Below, one piece after another: positions 22,652-32,672 of a DNA stretch of 64,000 nucleotides. The position numbers were made by a program, and so were the translations under genes. Positions within the stretch are counted from its first letter, which is position 1. The number at the start of each line of letters is the position of its first letter. The stretch lies in IMG/VR virus record IMGVR_UViG_3300005281_000069, positions 3,985-67,984 of that record, one strand, 5' to 3'. Below the pieces are notes generated by a model. It was not told where the DNA came from. It saw nothing but the letters and a program-made list of their open reading frames with translations, and did not search any database. Source of the DNA: a virus.

Positions 22652-23094
22652 TATAATTCACCATTTTTTATTTCTTCTCTTACTTGTTCAAGTAAAATTC
22701 CTAAACGATTTTTTCCCTTATATCCCCAATACATATCTTTTGGAGATTTTTCATATAATTTACTATCGCCAGTACTTAATAACACTTCTCTAAGACGAGA
22801 ATGTTGAGTAAATTTAGCTCTCAAAGCAGTAAGCATGATATCTTCTTTTACTGATTCCCAATCTTCTCTAAGTTTAACCTTTAATCCCATTTTTTTAGCA
22901 ATTCTAGGTGAAGGAGCTCTTCTGATTTTCTCGTGATCTTTTTCATTAGTTGCTTTACAAGCTTGGAAATAATGCTCAACGGTTTTATATTTTTTATTAT
23001 TAATTATGATTTCTGAATAATAAAAGTTCATGAGCTCAGCGTACGGTTTGTCCGGATAATAAAAATATATTTTATTCAAATTCTCCAACTCCAA
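22651..23094 (-). CDS. NADAR (YbiA-like) hydrolase
   Basis: NFY, TVEHYFQA.K, LREDWE, AKFTQH..L..LLSTG, D.YWG, G.N.LG..L..VR. Confidence 0.9.
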   Translation of the reverse strand: MELENLNKIYFYYPDKPYAELMNFYYSEIIINNKKYKTVEHYFQACKATNEKDHEKIRRAPSPRIAKKMGLKVKLREDWESVKEDIMLTALRAKFTQHSRLREVLLSTGDSKLYEKSPKDMYWGYKGKNRLGILLEQVREEIKNGEL

Positions 23095-23948
23095 TTTTAT
23101 TTTTATATGTTTTGCTTTCAGTATATATCATGACACAAAGTTTATCAAAATCGCTAGTGTTTAAATAATCTTTATAAATTTCTGGATAATTGTCTTTAAC
23201 AAAAGATATTGACTCTTTTTCAAGTAAATCCATTTGTTCATCAAGTATTTTATTTCTTTCAGTTATATAATTTAAATAAGCATTTGATTTAATTTCTTGA
23301 AAAATACCAAAAGTTATTGCAAATAATACAACAGAACTACAAATAATTGTAAAAAATAATTTATTATCTTCTATATTAATTATTTGAGAAAATGCAAAAG
23401 TTGAGAAAATTGAAACCACAAATATCCATCTAGCGGTTTCAAACACAAAACTCTTATTGAATTTGAAATAATTTCTGATAATATTTTTTGTTTTCATATA
23501 CATATCCCTTTCTCAAACAATTATAATTTTTGATATATTTTATACTTTACCCAAAATTCAGGACTAACTTCTATTTCTTTTTTTTCTTTTGTTTTTTCGT
23601 GTTCTAAATATACTTTTATTGTTGCGGAATATCTAGAAGAAGACCGAAGAATCTTATACCATTCTTTTTTTATTTTAACATATGAACCTTCTCTTACATA
23701 TTGTATTTCTGTCCAATCATAAAACACTTTATCATCTTCATTATTAATTTTGCTTAAAAATAGAAATGATTTTTTTCTAAAAAATATTACCAATAAAAAA
23801 ATAGTTAAAATTAATAAAATCAATAAAATTAAAAACACTATTATTCTCCTCTCTTTTATTATATTTATATTATATCAATTTTTATTAAAATTGTAAACAA
23901 TAAAAAAAGAAGTCATTAATATGACTTCTTTTTAATCTATTTTATAAA

Positions 23949-24584
23949 TTACAAGTTATTCCAATCATCATCATCAATACCAAGATCTTTTTCTTCTTCA
24001 GATGAAGAACTTGAAGAAGAATTTTTACCCCAATCATCTTCTAAATCAGCCACTGAATCAGCTAAAACTTCAAGACCCATAGTCATAATTTCTTCAACAG
24101 TTTTTGGTTGATTAATTTCACCTAAAGATTTAGAATTATTAATTAATTCAATTTCTTCAGCGGTTAAATCGCTTTTCTTAGGAGCCGCGATAACACTATA
24201 TTTTGTTTCTCTACCAGAACCTTCTTTTTTAATTTTGAAATCGTATTTAGTTGGATCTCCATAATCTGGGTCTAGAGCGAAGTTTTTGAATTCACCAAAG
24301 ATTTTTGGTCCACCTTCAAGAATTTCAACTTTATTAGTTGCACGATTAATAGCCAAAACTTGGAAACGACTCATTGGTACTCTACCAACTTTACAAATTG
24401 GACAATTTGCTCCCAAACAGATAATTTTTTTGTTTGAACCATCAAGTCCTTTTTCCCAATGAATATTAACTTGATATGGTTTACCTACAATTCTAATTTG
24501 ATTTGTTCCTGGTTCTAATTTTAGAAATGGTGTACTATTATTTGAACCTCCACCACTTACTGAACCCCAATCTAATTCTGACAT
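23949..24584 (-). CDS. Phage single-stranded DNA-binding protein (gp32-like)
   Basis: FLKL..G.N.IRIV, H..C..CPIC, YGDPTKYD..I.K.G..T.Y.V and an acidic C-tail. Confidence 0.7.
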   Translation of the reverse strand: MSELDWGSVSGGGSNNSTPFLKLEPGTNQIRIVGKPYQVNIHWEKGLDGSNKKIICLGANCPICKVGRVPMSRFQVLAINRATNKVEILEGGPKIFGEFKNFALDPDYGDPTKYDFKIKKEGSGRETKYSVIAAPKKSDLTAEEIELINNSKSLGEINQPKTVEEIMTMGLEVLADSVADLEDDWGKNSSSSSSSEEEKDLGIDDDDWNNL

Positions 24585-24666
24585 ATTTTTTCCTCCTGTG
24601 TTTAACCTACGGAACTTATAGTTCGTTGGGTTGTTTTTTTATTTTTGTAATTTGTATTACTGTAAT

Positions 24667-24697
24667 ATAATATGCATGATTTGATTTTTTTTTAACA
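24667..24697 (-). promoter_or_regulatory. Putative promoter TGTTAA-N17-CATATTAT upstream of ssb
   Basis: Boxes and spacing identical to the motif upstream of the dnaE 3' part. Confidence 0.65.
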
Positions 24698-25924
24698 AAG
24701 TTATTAAATATTTCCCCAATCAACTTCGCCTTTTCTTTCAATTTCTTCTGCTTCTCTATTTTGAAAAAGAGGTGCATCTCTTCTTATTTCACCAAGTTGA
24801 AGTCTAATTTGTGCAACAGAAACTTGTCTACTAATAGATTCATGAGAAGATTTAATATTGGCTAAAACATGCTCTACTTCTTTCATAAAAGATTCAGCAG
24901 CTTCCAACTGAATTAACAACATTGGATATTTCATCGCTGCTTCTCCTTGTCTAGCATCCGAAGATTTTCCTTTTGCTTCAGTTGCTATAAAAGCATTAAT
25001 TAACATCTCAACACATCTAGTTCGAAGTTTATATTCTCTAACAGCATAAGAATAAATTTCAGATAATCTATCTTTATATCCTTGTGCTTTAGCTAACCCT
25101 TTGTTTAAATCTAAAGTAGTAGGGTCATCTTTTAATTCAATTTTCATATTCATCATTTCATTTCTAAGAGCATTTCGATTTAGTGTTGGAATTGTTTTCA
25201 AAATAGAAAAAACAATTTGTTCTAAATCACTAAGCGTTTTTAGCTGCCCTTTATTAGAAGATACATGTTCAGCTATAACTTCTTCAAAATCTAACTCTGG
25301 TTGAATAGAAATATCTTGACCTTTCATTTTTTCACCTCTTCTTTATTAATGAATAGTATTTTATTTAATATTGAATTAAATATTAACCAATAAAAAAGAA
25401 AAATCCAATTGGATTTTTCTTTTTTAATTTATTTTATTTTTTTGTACTCAAAATCAACAAATTCACTTAATATTTTAGTTTCAAACAATTCTATCATATC
25501 AGTACTATATCTAAAAGATAATAATTTTATATCTTGTTCATTAAATTTTATGCTATCAGGTTTTGAATAAAAATAATATTGTTCTTTTGGAACTTTAATT
25601 AAAATTCTATAAGTTTTTCCAGATTCTAATATTATTTCTTTATTTGGATCACCAATTCCCCAACTATTTGGTAACGCTTCAACTTTTCCATATGCTAATA
25701 AAGTCATATTTGGAAAATTAAATATTTCAATTCTTCTGGTTTTTGTAAATTCATCCGCATTATACCATTTAAATTTATTTAACACAATATTTTCATTTCC
25801 AACTTTAAATTCCCATCCAAAAAAATAAGTAGATGTTGTTTTTAAAATACCATTTATTTGAGGTATACCTTCAATGCAACTTAAACTTCTTTTTTTAGGT
25901 TCAATTATCATAATATTGTTCTCC

Positions 25925-27991
25925 TTAAGAAACTATTCTTATTTTACTTCCTTCAATAGGGTCTTTTGTAACTTCTATTTTTTGAGGGAAAGATTCAATT
26001 ATATCTTCAATATGAGTAATTACTAAAACTCTATCAAAAATAGTTGTTAGTTTTTGAACAGATTGAATGAATAGTTCTTTTGCATCTTGGTCTTGACTTC
26101 CAATCCCTTCATCAACTATAAATAAATTTGAATTAGAACCAGCTCTTCTAGCTAAAAATTTAGATAAACCTACATGACAAGAAAAATCAACTCTAAATTT
26201 TTCTCCTCCAGAAAATGTTTCATATACTCTAGAACCATTTTCATCATTAACTATGATGTCCAATGTTTCAATCGAAGATATTTTTTTTCCTTTACCTTTT
26301 TCTTTTTGAGTTATAAATTCAATTGAAACTCTATTATCTGTCAATCCACCTAAAAACTCATTAATTTCGTCTTGAATTTCCGGTAAAGCTTTATCAATAA
26401 TTACTGCTTGAATACCTTCTTTACCAAATGCTACTTGAATTTCATCTAACAAAGCAAATTCTTCTTTTAATTCTTTTATTTCATTTTCTATTTCAATAAC
26501 TTTATCTTTATATTTTTCAATTTTTTCAATTTCATTTTGTGCAACAGCTATCTTTGACTCCCATGATGTTAAATCTTCTCTTAATCTTCTAATTTCTATT
26601 TTTAATTCATTATCATTAAATGTTTTAATATCAATATCTTCAACTTTTATAGAGTTTACTTCACTTAGTTCTTTATTAAGAATAACAAGTTCATCTTTTA
26701 ATTCTTCTAATCTAGATATAGTATTTGACAATTTTATTTCAGCTTGTTCTATTTCAGATTTTTTAGAACGTAAAGACTGAATTTCATTTCTATATGAAAC
26801 AATTTTACTGTTTGTTTCTCGTATTTGACTCTGAATTTCTTCTATTTTTAATTTGTTTTCATTAATAATAGATAAATTCTTTTTACCTTCTTGCATTAAT
26901 TGTTCTAAATGACTTTGTTTATGTTTTTCTGAAATAATTTGACCACAGAATTCACATTCGGCATCATTAAATTCTTTTAATCTAATAAATTTAGCTTTAT
27001 TTTCACTAGCTTTTTCTCTTAAAAAATTATTTGTTGACTCAAGAGAACTTTCTTCTGATTTTAATTCTGTATATTTATTTTGTAAGTTTTCCATTTCTTC
27101 TTCTAATTTTACTAATTTTTGTTCAACATTATCTTTTTCTTTAATAGAGTTTTCTAAATGCTCTTTAAATTTCTCTCCTTTTGAAATAGATTCTTGAACA
27201 GAATTAACCTTAGATTGAACATTTTTTTGTCTAGAAATAATTTCATTTCTATGCTTCATTAATTCTTCATATTTAATCTTTTCTTTTAAAATATCTTCTA
27301 ATTCTTTTTCTTTTATATCTATTTCAAAAGAAATAGAAGATACCATTTTTTCTCCCTCACTTATTTTATCTTGATATTCATCTAATTTATCAATATTACT
27401 TCCTAATTCTTCAATTTTTTCTGTTAATTTTTTTATTTCATTATTTTTTTCTTTTTTGATTTCTTTTGTTAATTCTTGAAGTACATCATAATTATCAAGA
27501 TTAAGAACTTGAGCAAATACATTTTTTCGTTCATTTGGAGCTTTTTTCATAAATCTGCCGGACTCGCCTTGTCCTATACAAATAGTATCTAAAAATGTTT
27601 CATAATCTAATTTAATAATTGATTGTAATTTTGCTTGAGTTTCTTTTATTTTATCAGTGTGATCTACTCCATCAATAATCAACTCTAATTCTTGTCCACC
27701 TTTTAAAAATCTTCTTCTGGTTACTGTTACTATATTATTACCACTTTCAAAAGTAAATTCAACTTCTAATTCATCTTCTCCGTTATAGATCATACTTTCT
27801 AGTCCTGTACCTTGGGCATTTGAACATCTAGCTCTATTAAATAATGCTATAGTAATGGCATCAACAAAGAAAGATGATTTTCCTCCTCCATTAACTCCTA
27901 TAATAGCAGCTAAACCTTCAAAATCAGTAAAATTAAATTGTTCTCTTTTATAAGATGCTAAATTTTTAACTCTTAATGAAATAGGTTTCAC
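25925..27991 (-). CDS. sbcC: SbcC/Rad50 (gp46-like) ATPase
   Basis: GVNGGGKS, coiled coil with CEFC zinc hook, FSGGE, IVDEG and ITH. Confidence 0.92.
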   Translation of the reverse strand: MKPISLRVKNLASYKREQFNFTDFEGLAAIIGVNGGGKSSFFVDAITIALFNRARCSNAQGTGLESMIYNGEDELEVEFTFESGNNIVTVTRRRFLKGGQELELIIDGVDHTDKIKETQAKLQSIIKLDYETFLDTICIGQGESGRFMKKAPNERKNVFAQVLNLDNYDVLQELTKEIKKEKNNEIKKLTEKIEELGSNIDKLDEYQDKISEGEKMVSSISFEIDIKEKELEDILKEKIKYEELMKHRNEIISRQKNVQSKVNSVQESISKGEKFKEHLENSIKEKDNVEQKLVKLEEEMENLQNKYTELKSEESSLESTNNFLREKASENKAKFIRLKEFNDAECEFCGQIISEKHKQSHLEQLMQEGKKNLSIINENKLKIEEIQSQIRETNSKIVSYRNEIQSLRSKKSEIEQAEIKLSNTISRLEELKDELVILNKELSEVNSIKVEDIDIKTFNDNELKIEIRRLREDLTSWESKIAVAQNEIEKIEKYKDKVIEIENEIKELKEEFALLDEIQVAFGKEGIQAVIIDKALPEIQDEINEFLGGLTDNRVSIEFITQKEKGKGKKISSIETLDIIVNDENGSRVYETFSGGEKFRVDFSCHVGLSKFLARRAGSNSNLFIVDEGIGSQDQDAKELFIQSVQKLTTIFDRVLVITHIEDIIESFPQKIEVTKDPIEGSKIRIVS

Positions 27992-28697
27992 TAATGTGAC
28001 CTCCTTATATTTTTACTATTTTATATTATATAAAAAACAATAATTAAAATTAAAAAGTCCACCAAAATTGGTGGACTAAAATAAACTCTCTTGTAAAAAA
28101 CTATTTTTTACTATCTTTTCAAAAAACATATCAAAATTTTTAACATCATTAAATTCTAATGAAAAATAAAAAGAATCGTCATCATAAACATATTTTTTTA
28201 CGTCTATATTTTTTAAAATTAAAAATTCATAATATGAAATTAAATCAACAATTAAATTATTATCAAGTATTTTATCTAACTCAAATTTAATAATAATAGA
28301 TGAATCATTATATAAAATGTTCATAAAATCTCTATTAAACACGTCATGTTTTCTTTTAACTGAGACTAGATCTCTTAATTTATTACTAGATTCTTTTATG
28401 AAAAATTCACAATCATTTTCAATTTTATCGACTAATATTAAAGAATCAATAAAATTTTTAGTTTTACTTTGTAAATACATATTTTCACCTATTCTTGTTC
28501 TTTAATAAATTCTCCCGACAAAACAGTTCTAATCACAGTGTCTATAGCAGTTCTGAATCCCAAATCTGTTTTATATAAATCTTGATTATCTAAAATAATT
28601 TGCTCCATAATTTTTACTTGATTTACAAAAATTTGTTGTTTTTCTTCTGGAATATGCTCAAGTATTTCGTGAACAATTTTATCATTAATAATTCCCA

Positions 28698-29837
28698 TTA
28701 TATTTTCCCCTCTTTTTTAGCTCTAAGAATTATTTCATCTCCTAATTTGATTAATTTATCAAATTTTTCGTGATTTTCAAAATATAATCTTAAAGCTTTA
28801 TGTTCATCAACATTTTCAGTTAATTCTGCGTTTCTAACTATTTCTCTTTTTTCATATCTTTTTTCTATTTTTAATACATATTCAGCGCCTACAGAATATA
28901 AGTATTCATGTATTCTTTGTTCATTAATATAATTAGATTTATCCATATCTAATCTTAATCTAACAATAGCATTTTTAATTTTATTTGTATAATTACTTAA
29001 TTCATTTATAACATAATCTGTTTCATCTTGTATTCCAATTAGATTACTATTTAGCGTGAAAAATCTTTGTGATTCAACCTCTATAAAATCATATGTTACT
29101 GATGAATCTTGCTGAACATCTAGAACAACAAACCCTTTTGGTTGTTTTTCTTCACTAAAATCAACTCTTTGTAAAGAACCGCAATAAAAAACCAAAGGTT
29201 TATTGTATAAAATCTGATGTTTATGAAGATGTCCCATAACCACCGCTGCTACACCTTCTTTGTCAAAAACATCTGGCTCAACATAAGTCTCCTTCTCAGC
29301 TATGTTCCAATCATTTAAATTAGCTCCTCTAATTGTTCCGTGAAAAATATAAACAATTGGTTTGCCATCATATTGCGTATTTTCAACTATATGTCTAATT
29401 TCCATTTCATCGTGATAAGTAGGTAAAAATACAAACTTAATCGTTTCATTATCAATTGTTAATTCAATTTCTTTATGAAAACGAGTTTGAACAACATTAT
29501 CAACTTTTAAATCATCGTAAACATTTAATGGAGATTTTTTAGTTTCAATTCTATCAACATCATGATTTCCATCTAAACAAAGAATTGTTACATCATTGTC
29601 AACCAATTTTCTCATTCTTTTATTAAATTCAGCTTGAATATTTGGAAGAACAGATGAATTTTTATATGCATCTCCTGCGAAGACAACAACTTTTATTTTA
29701 TTTTTAATTGTGTATTCAATCATTTCATCTAAAGATTTTAAAGCTTTTAATACTCTCGTATTTAAATTAGTAACAGAATCGGTTCTACCATAAGTTGATA
29801 TTCCAAGATGAAAATCAGCAAAACAAACTAATTTCAT
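28698..29837 (-). CDS. sbcD: SbcD/Mre11 (gp47-like) nuclease
   Basis: ADFHLG, AGD, GNHD, GHLH and YCGS. Confidence 0.92.
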   Translation of the reverse strand: MKLVCFADFHLGISTYGRTDSVTNLNTRVLKALKSLDEMIEYTIKNKIKVVVFAGDAYKNSSVLPNIQAEFNKRMRKLVDNDVTILCLDGNHDVDRIETKKSPLNVYDDLKVDNVVQTRFHKEIELTIDNETIKFVFLPTYHDEMEIRHIVENTQYDGKPIVYIFHGTIRGANLNDWNIAEKETYVEPDVFDKEGVAAVVMGHLHKHQILYNKPLVFYCGSLQRVDFSEEKQPKGFVVLDVQQDSSVTYDFIEVESQRFFTLNSNLIGIQDETDYVINELSNYTNKIKNAIVRLRLDMDKSNYINEQRIHEYLYSVGAEYVLKIEKRYEKREIVRNAELTENVDEHKALRLYFENHEKFDKLIKLGDEIILRAKKEGKI

Positions 29838-29863
29838 TGATTATCTCTCCTTTTGTTTTGTAT

Positions 29864-29894
29864 ATATTATGTTTTTTATAAATAAAATTAAACA
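29864..29894 (-). promoter_or_regulatory. Promoter variant TGTTTA-N17-CATAATAT upstream of sbcD
   Basis: Variant of the recurrent motif with the same spacer. Confidence 0.5.
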
Positions 29895-29958
29895 ATATTA
29901 TAAATACTATTTTTTCATTTATATAGTTAATAACTCTATGAAATGAGGTGGTTCTATT

Positions 29959-30240
29959 ATGGAATCTTTATTAATTTTAATTTCATTTTTAGCTCCTGTT
30001 ATTACTGGAATAACTCAATTATTAAAAGGATATGTTCCTGAAAAATATTATGCGTTAATTCCTGTAATTCTTGGACTAATACTTGGAGTTCTTTCTTTTC
30101 CAGTTTTACCTGTAATCGGTGCCGGATCATTAAGTCTTGGTGTTGTTATTTGGGCAGGTTTACTTTCTGGACTAACAGCTTCAGGTGTTTATAGTTTTGC
30201 GAATATTTCTAAAAAAGGAAACTCACAAGACGAAAAATAA
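29959..30240 (+). CDS. Putative holin (3 TM)
   Basis: PVITGITQLLK..Y.LIP...GLLSGLTASGVY, typical of Bacillota phage holins. Confidence 0.75.
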   Translation: MESLLILISFLAPVITGITQLLKGYVPEKYYALIPVILGLILGVLSFPVLPVIGAGSLSLGVVIWAGLLSGLTASGVYSFANISKKGNSQDEK

Positions 30241-30800
30241 AAGAGAGGGATTAAATCCCTCTCTTTTATTTTAAATTTTATTTTAATTAATTAATTTATT
30301 CTTCATTTTCTATTAAATTTGAATAACCAAGTTCAGTTAATCTATCATCAATTAATTTTTTAAATCGGGTCTAGCGGAAACAACAGTACTGTATGATAAC
30401 GCTTTTTCAACAATGCAGTTAGCTAAATAGTTGGCTTGAACTAAACTCATTGTAATCCACCTCTCAATAGAATTTCATCCATTAGCGAAGCTAATAACTC
30501 ATATTTTAATTTTAACTCTTGATAAGCTTGGTTTAAATCTATTGGTTCTACGTAATCTGGGTTAATTTGTAATTCACCTTCAACAACCATATATAATTCT
30601 GGTCTCAAATCATCGACATCTACATCTTTCGATAATACATTCATTCCAGTAGATTTATACCATCAATTAATCAACCCTTGATTTTCAACAATAAAATAAT
30701 CTCCATCTTCTTCAATTTTATCACCAAAAGCTAATACTGTTGAGTTAATAGCCAATACTTTCTTTTTCATGTTATTTACCTCCTAAAATTAAACAAAAAA

Positions 30801-32057
30801 TCATTTGTAATATAAGTGAGCAATATTTTTATCAATCAATAATTCATTAGTTGAAACAGATACGTCTATACATCCGTTAGCTATACGATTCGTAGTTAAA
30901 GTTCCTGTTGAAACGTCAAAGTAATATTCTTTAAATGGTATAAGCGATATTCCTGTTAATGTAGCTACTCCTTGAATTATTACTTTACCTCCACCTAATA
31001 ATCGTAATGCATAAGTCACTCTCTCGTGGATAAAATCTGATGTATCTAATTTAGCATAATGATTTACAACTACAGTTGCGTTAACAGGATTTATAGTCAT
31101 TACAGTTCCAATTATTCTATTTCCACTAAGATCACATTCAGTTATGAACAAATATTGGTTATTATTTAGTAAAACCCAATGTACTGGAGTATAATCACTT
31201 TTTGCTGAACCAGAAGACGCAATTAAACTAACATTTGTTTTAGATACAAAACTACCAGATGTACTATTATTTACTTGTCCAATAAAAACGATTCCATTTC
31301 TGTCTTGTCCACTAGCATATAAAACAGCGAAGCGACTATAAGTTAATGGAATAACAGTAGTAGTATTATATGATTTTCCACGAGTTTCAGCTTCTAAAAT
31401 TTGAAAATCTGATTTTGTATCACTTCCGTCATTATTAATTGTACAAATATAATAAGTGTAATAACATGATGAACCTGACGAACTTTCATAAAATCCAGCT
31501 AGTATAAAAGTATTGTTATTTATCATTGCAGCATCAGCTGATTTAAATATAGAATTTGATAAACCACCAATAGTATAATCTACAGAATATCCAGTATAAC
31601 TAGTTAATGTTGGTACATTATTATTATGTCTAATTACATGCAAAATGCTACCCTCTAATATAATAGTATATTCTGAATTCAAAGGTTTGCTAAATATAAC
31701 TGAAGAAGATGGTGTAACTATATTTTGCAAAGTGTCAGAAATAAATTCAGCTTTTGATGCTCTAACTTTTCCGTTGCTATTTATTTCTACTGTACCTAAG
31801 TTATGTATATTACCTTCAGAATAAAATTTATATTCCTTATTTACTCCACCACTACTCATTTCTCCTGTTACCCCAAAAATAAATACACCGCTTCTAATAT
31901 TTGAAGATACAAAATTAGGATATGACATTTGTATTTTTGATGTAGTAGAGGTTGTAGCATTAGGATGAACTGAACCACCTTTACCATTATGATTATTGAT
32001 ACTAGATATATTAGTATCAATCTTAGCATTTAATTCACCTAAAGAAATAGTAGCCAT
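30801..32057 (-). CDS. Beta-rich putative tail/receptor-binding protein
   Basis: NFVSSNIRSGVFIFGVTG tail-fibre repeat followed by a beta-rich domain; small chaperone-like ORFs downstream. Confidence 0.5.
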   Translation of the reverse strand: MATISLGELNAKIDTNISSINNHNGKGGSVHPNATTSTTSKIQMSYPNFVSSNIRSGVFIFGVTGEMSSGGVNKEYKFYSEGNIHNLGTVEINSNGKVRASKAEFISDTLQNIVTPSSSVIFSKPLNSEYTIILEGSILHVIRHNNNVPTLTSYTGYSVDYTIGGLSNSIFKSADAAMINNNTFILAGFYESSSGSSCYYTYYICTINNDGSDTKSDFQILEAETRGKSYNTTTVIPLTYSRFAVLYASGQDRNGIVFIGQVNNSTSGSFVSKTNVSLIASSGSAKSDYTPVHWVLLNNNQYLFITECDLSGNRIIGTVMTINPVNATVVVNHYAKLDTSDFIHERVTYALRLLGGGKVIIQGVATLTGISLIPFKEYYFDVSTGTLTTNRIANGCIDVSVSTNELLIDKNIAHLYYK

Positions 32058-32188
32058 TTTTATTCCTCCTCTATTGTGATTTAATACACCTAACTTTAAT
32101 AAAACTCATTTATGTACTCTCCAGATAAAATTTAAAATTAAATGAGCACTCCAAACGGAGTGCTCATTTAGAAAATAAAAAGACATAA

Positions 32189-32659
32189 TCAATTAACCCA
32201 AGGAATGTCTGGTCGAGTACCTACGATCTGATCTTTTACCAATGCGGCGTTATCTTGAGACAGGTTGTATGAATCTAAAATAGATTCAATCGAACCTTCT
32301 CCTCGATTATATCTAATAATGCATGCGTTACCAATAACTTTTACTTGTAATGAGTTCATCATATTCTCCTCCTTATATTAGGATGTCGCAGCGATAATAT
32401 CTGCAAGTAGCAAAGTCAAGTCTTCGATAGTTCGTTCCTGTTGCTCAACCTTTTCACGTAAAATATCAATTTCAGATGGCTCGGGAGGTCTGGATGCTTC
32501 CTCTATCACGGCTGACAGATGTAGTTGAGCAGCTTCTTCAACCGTTTGCCCTTCGTATGGGTAATTTCCTCTTTGCAGTATAATAGGATTACCATCTTTT
32601 AAGATAAGATAGCCTGTAGTATTCTCTCCACTGTAAATCAATTCATAAGTAAAATTCAT
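32189..32659 (-). CDS. Two small tail-fibre-associated ORFs (32378..32659 and 32189..32362)
   Basis: Lie directly after the Kelch fibre gene, each with a GGAGG/AGGAGG RBS, in the usual fibre-chaperone position. Confidence 0.5.
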
Positions 32660-32672
32660 GATTCTTCCTCCT

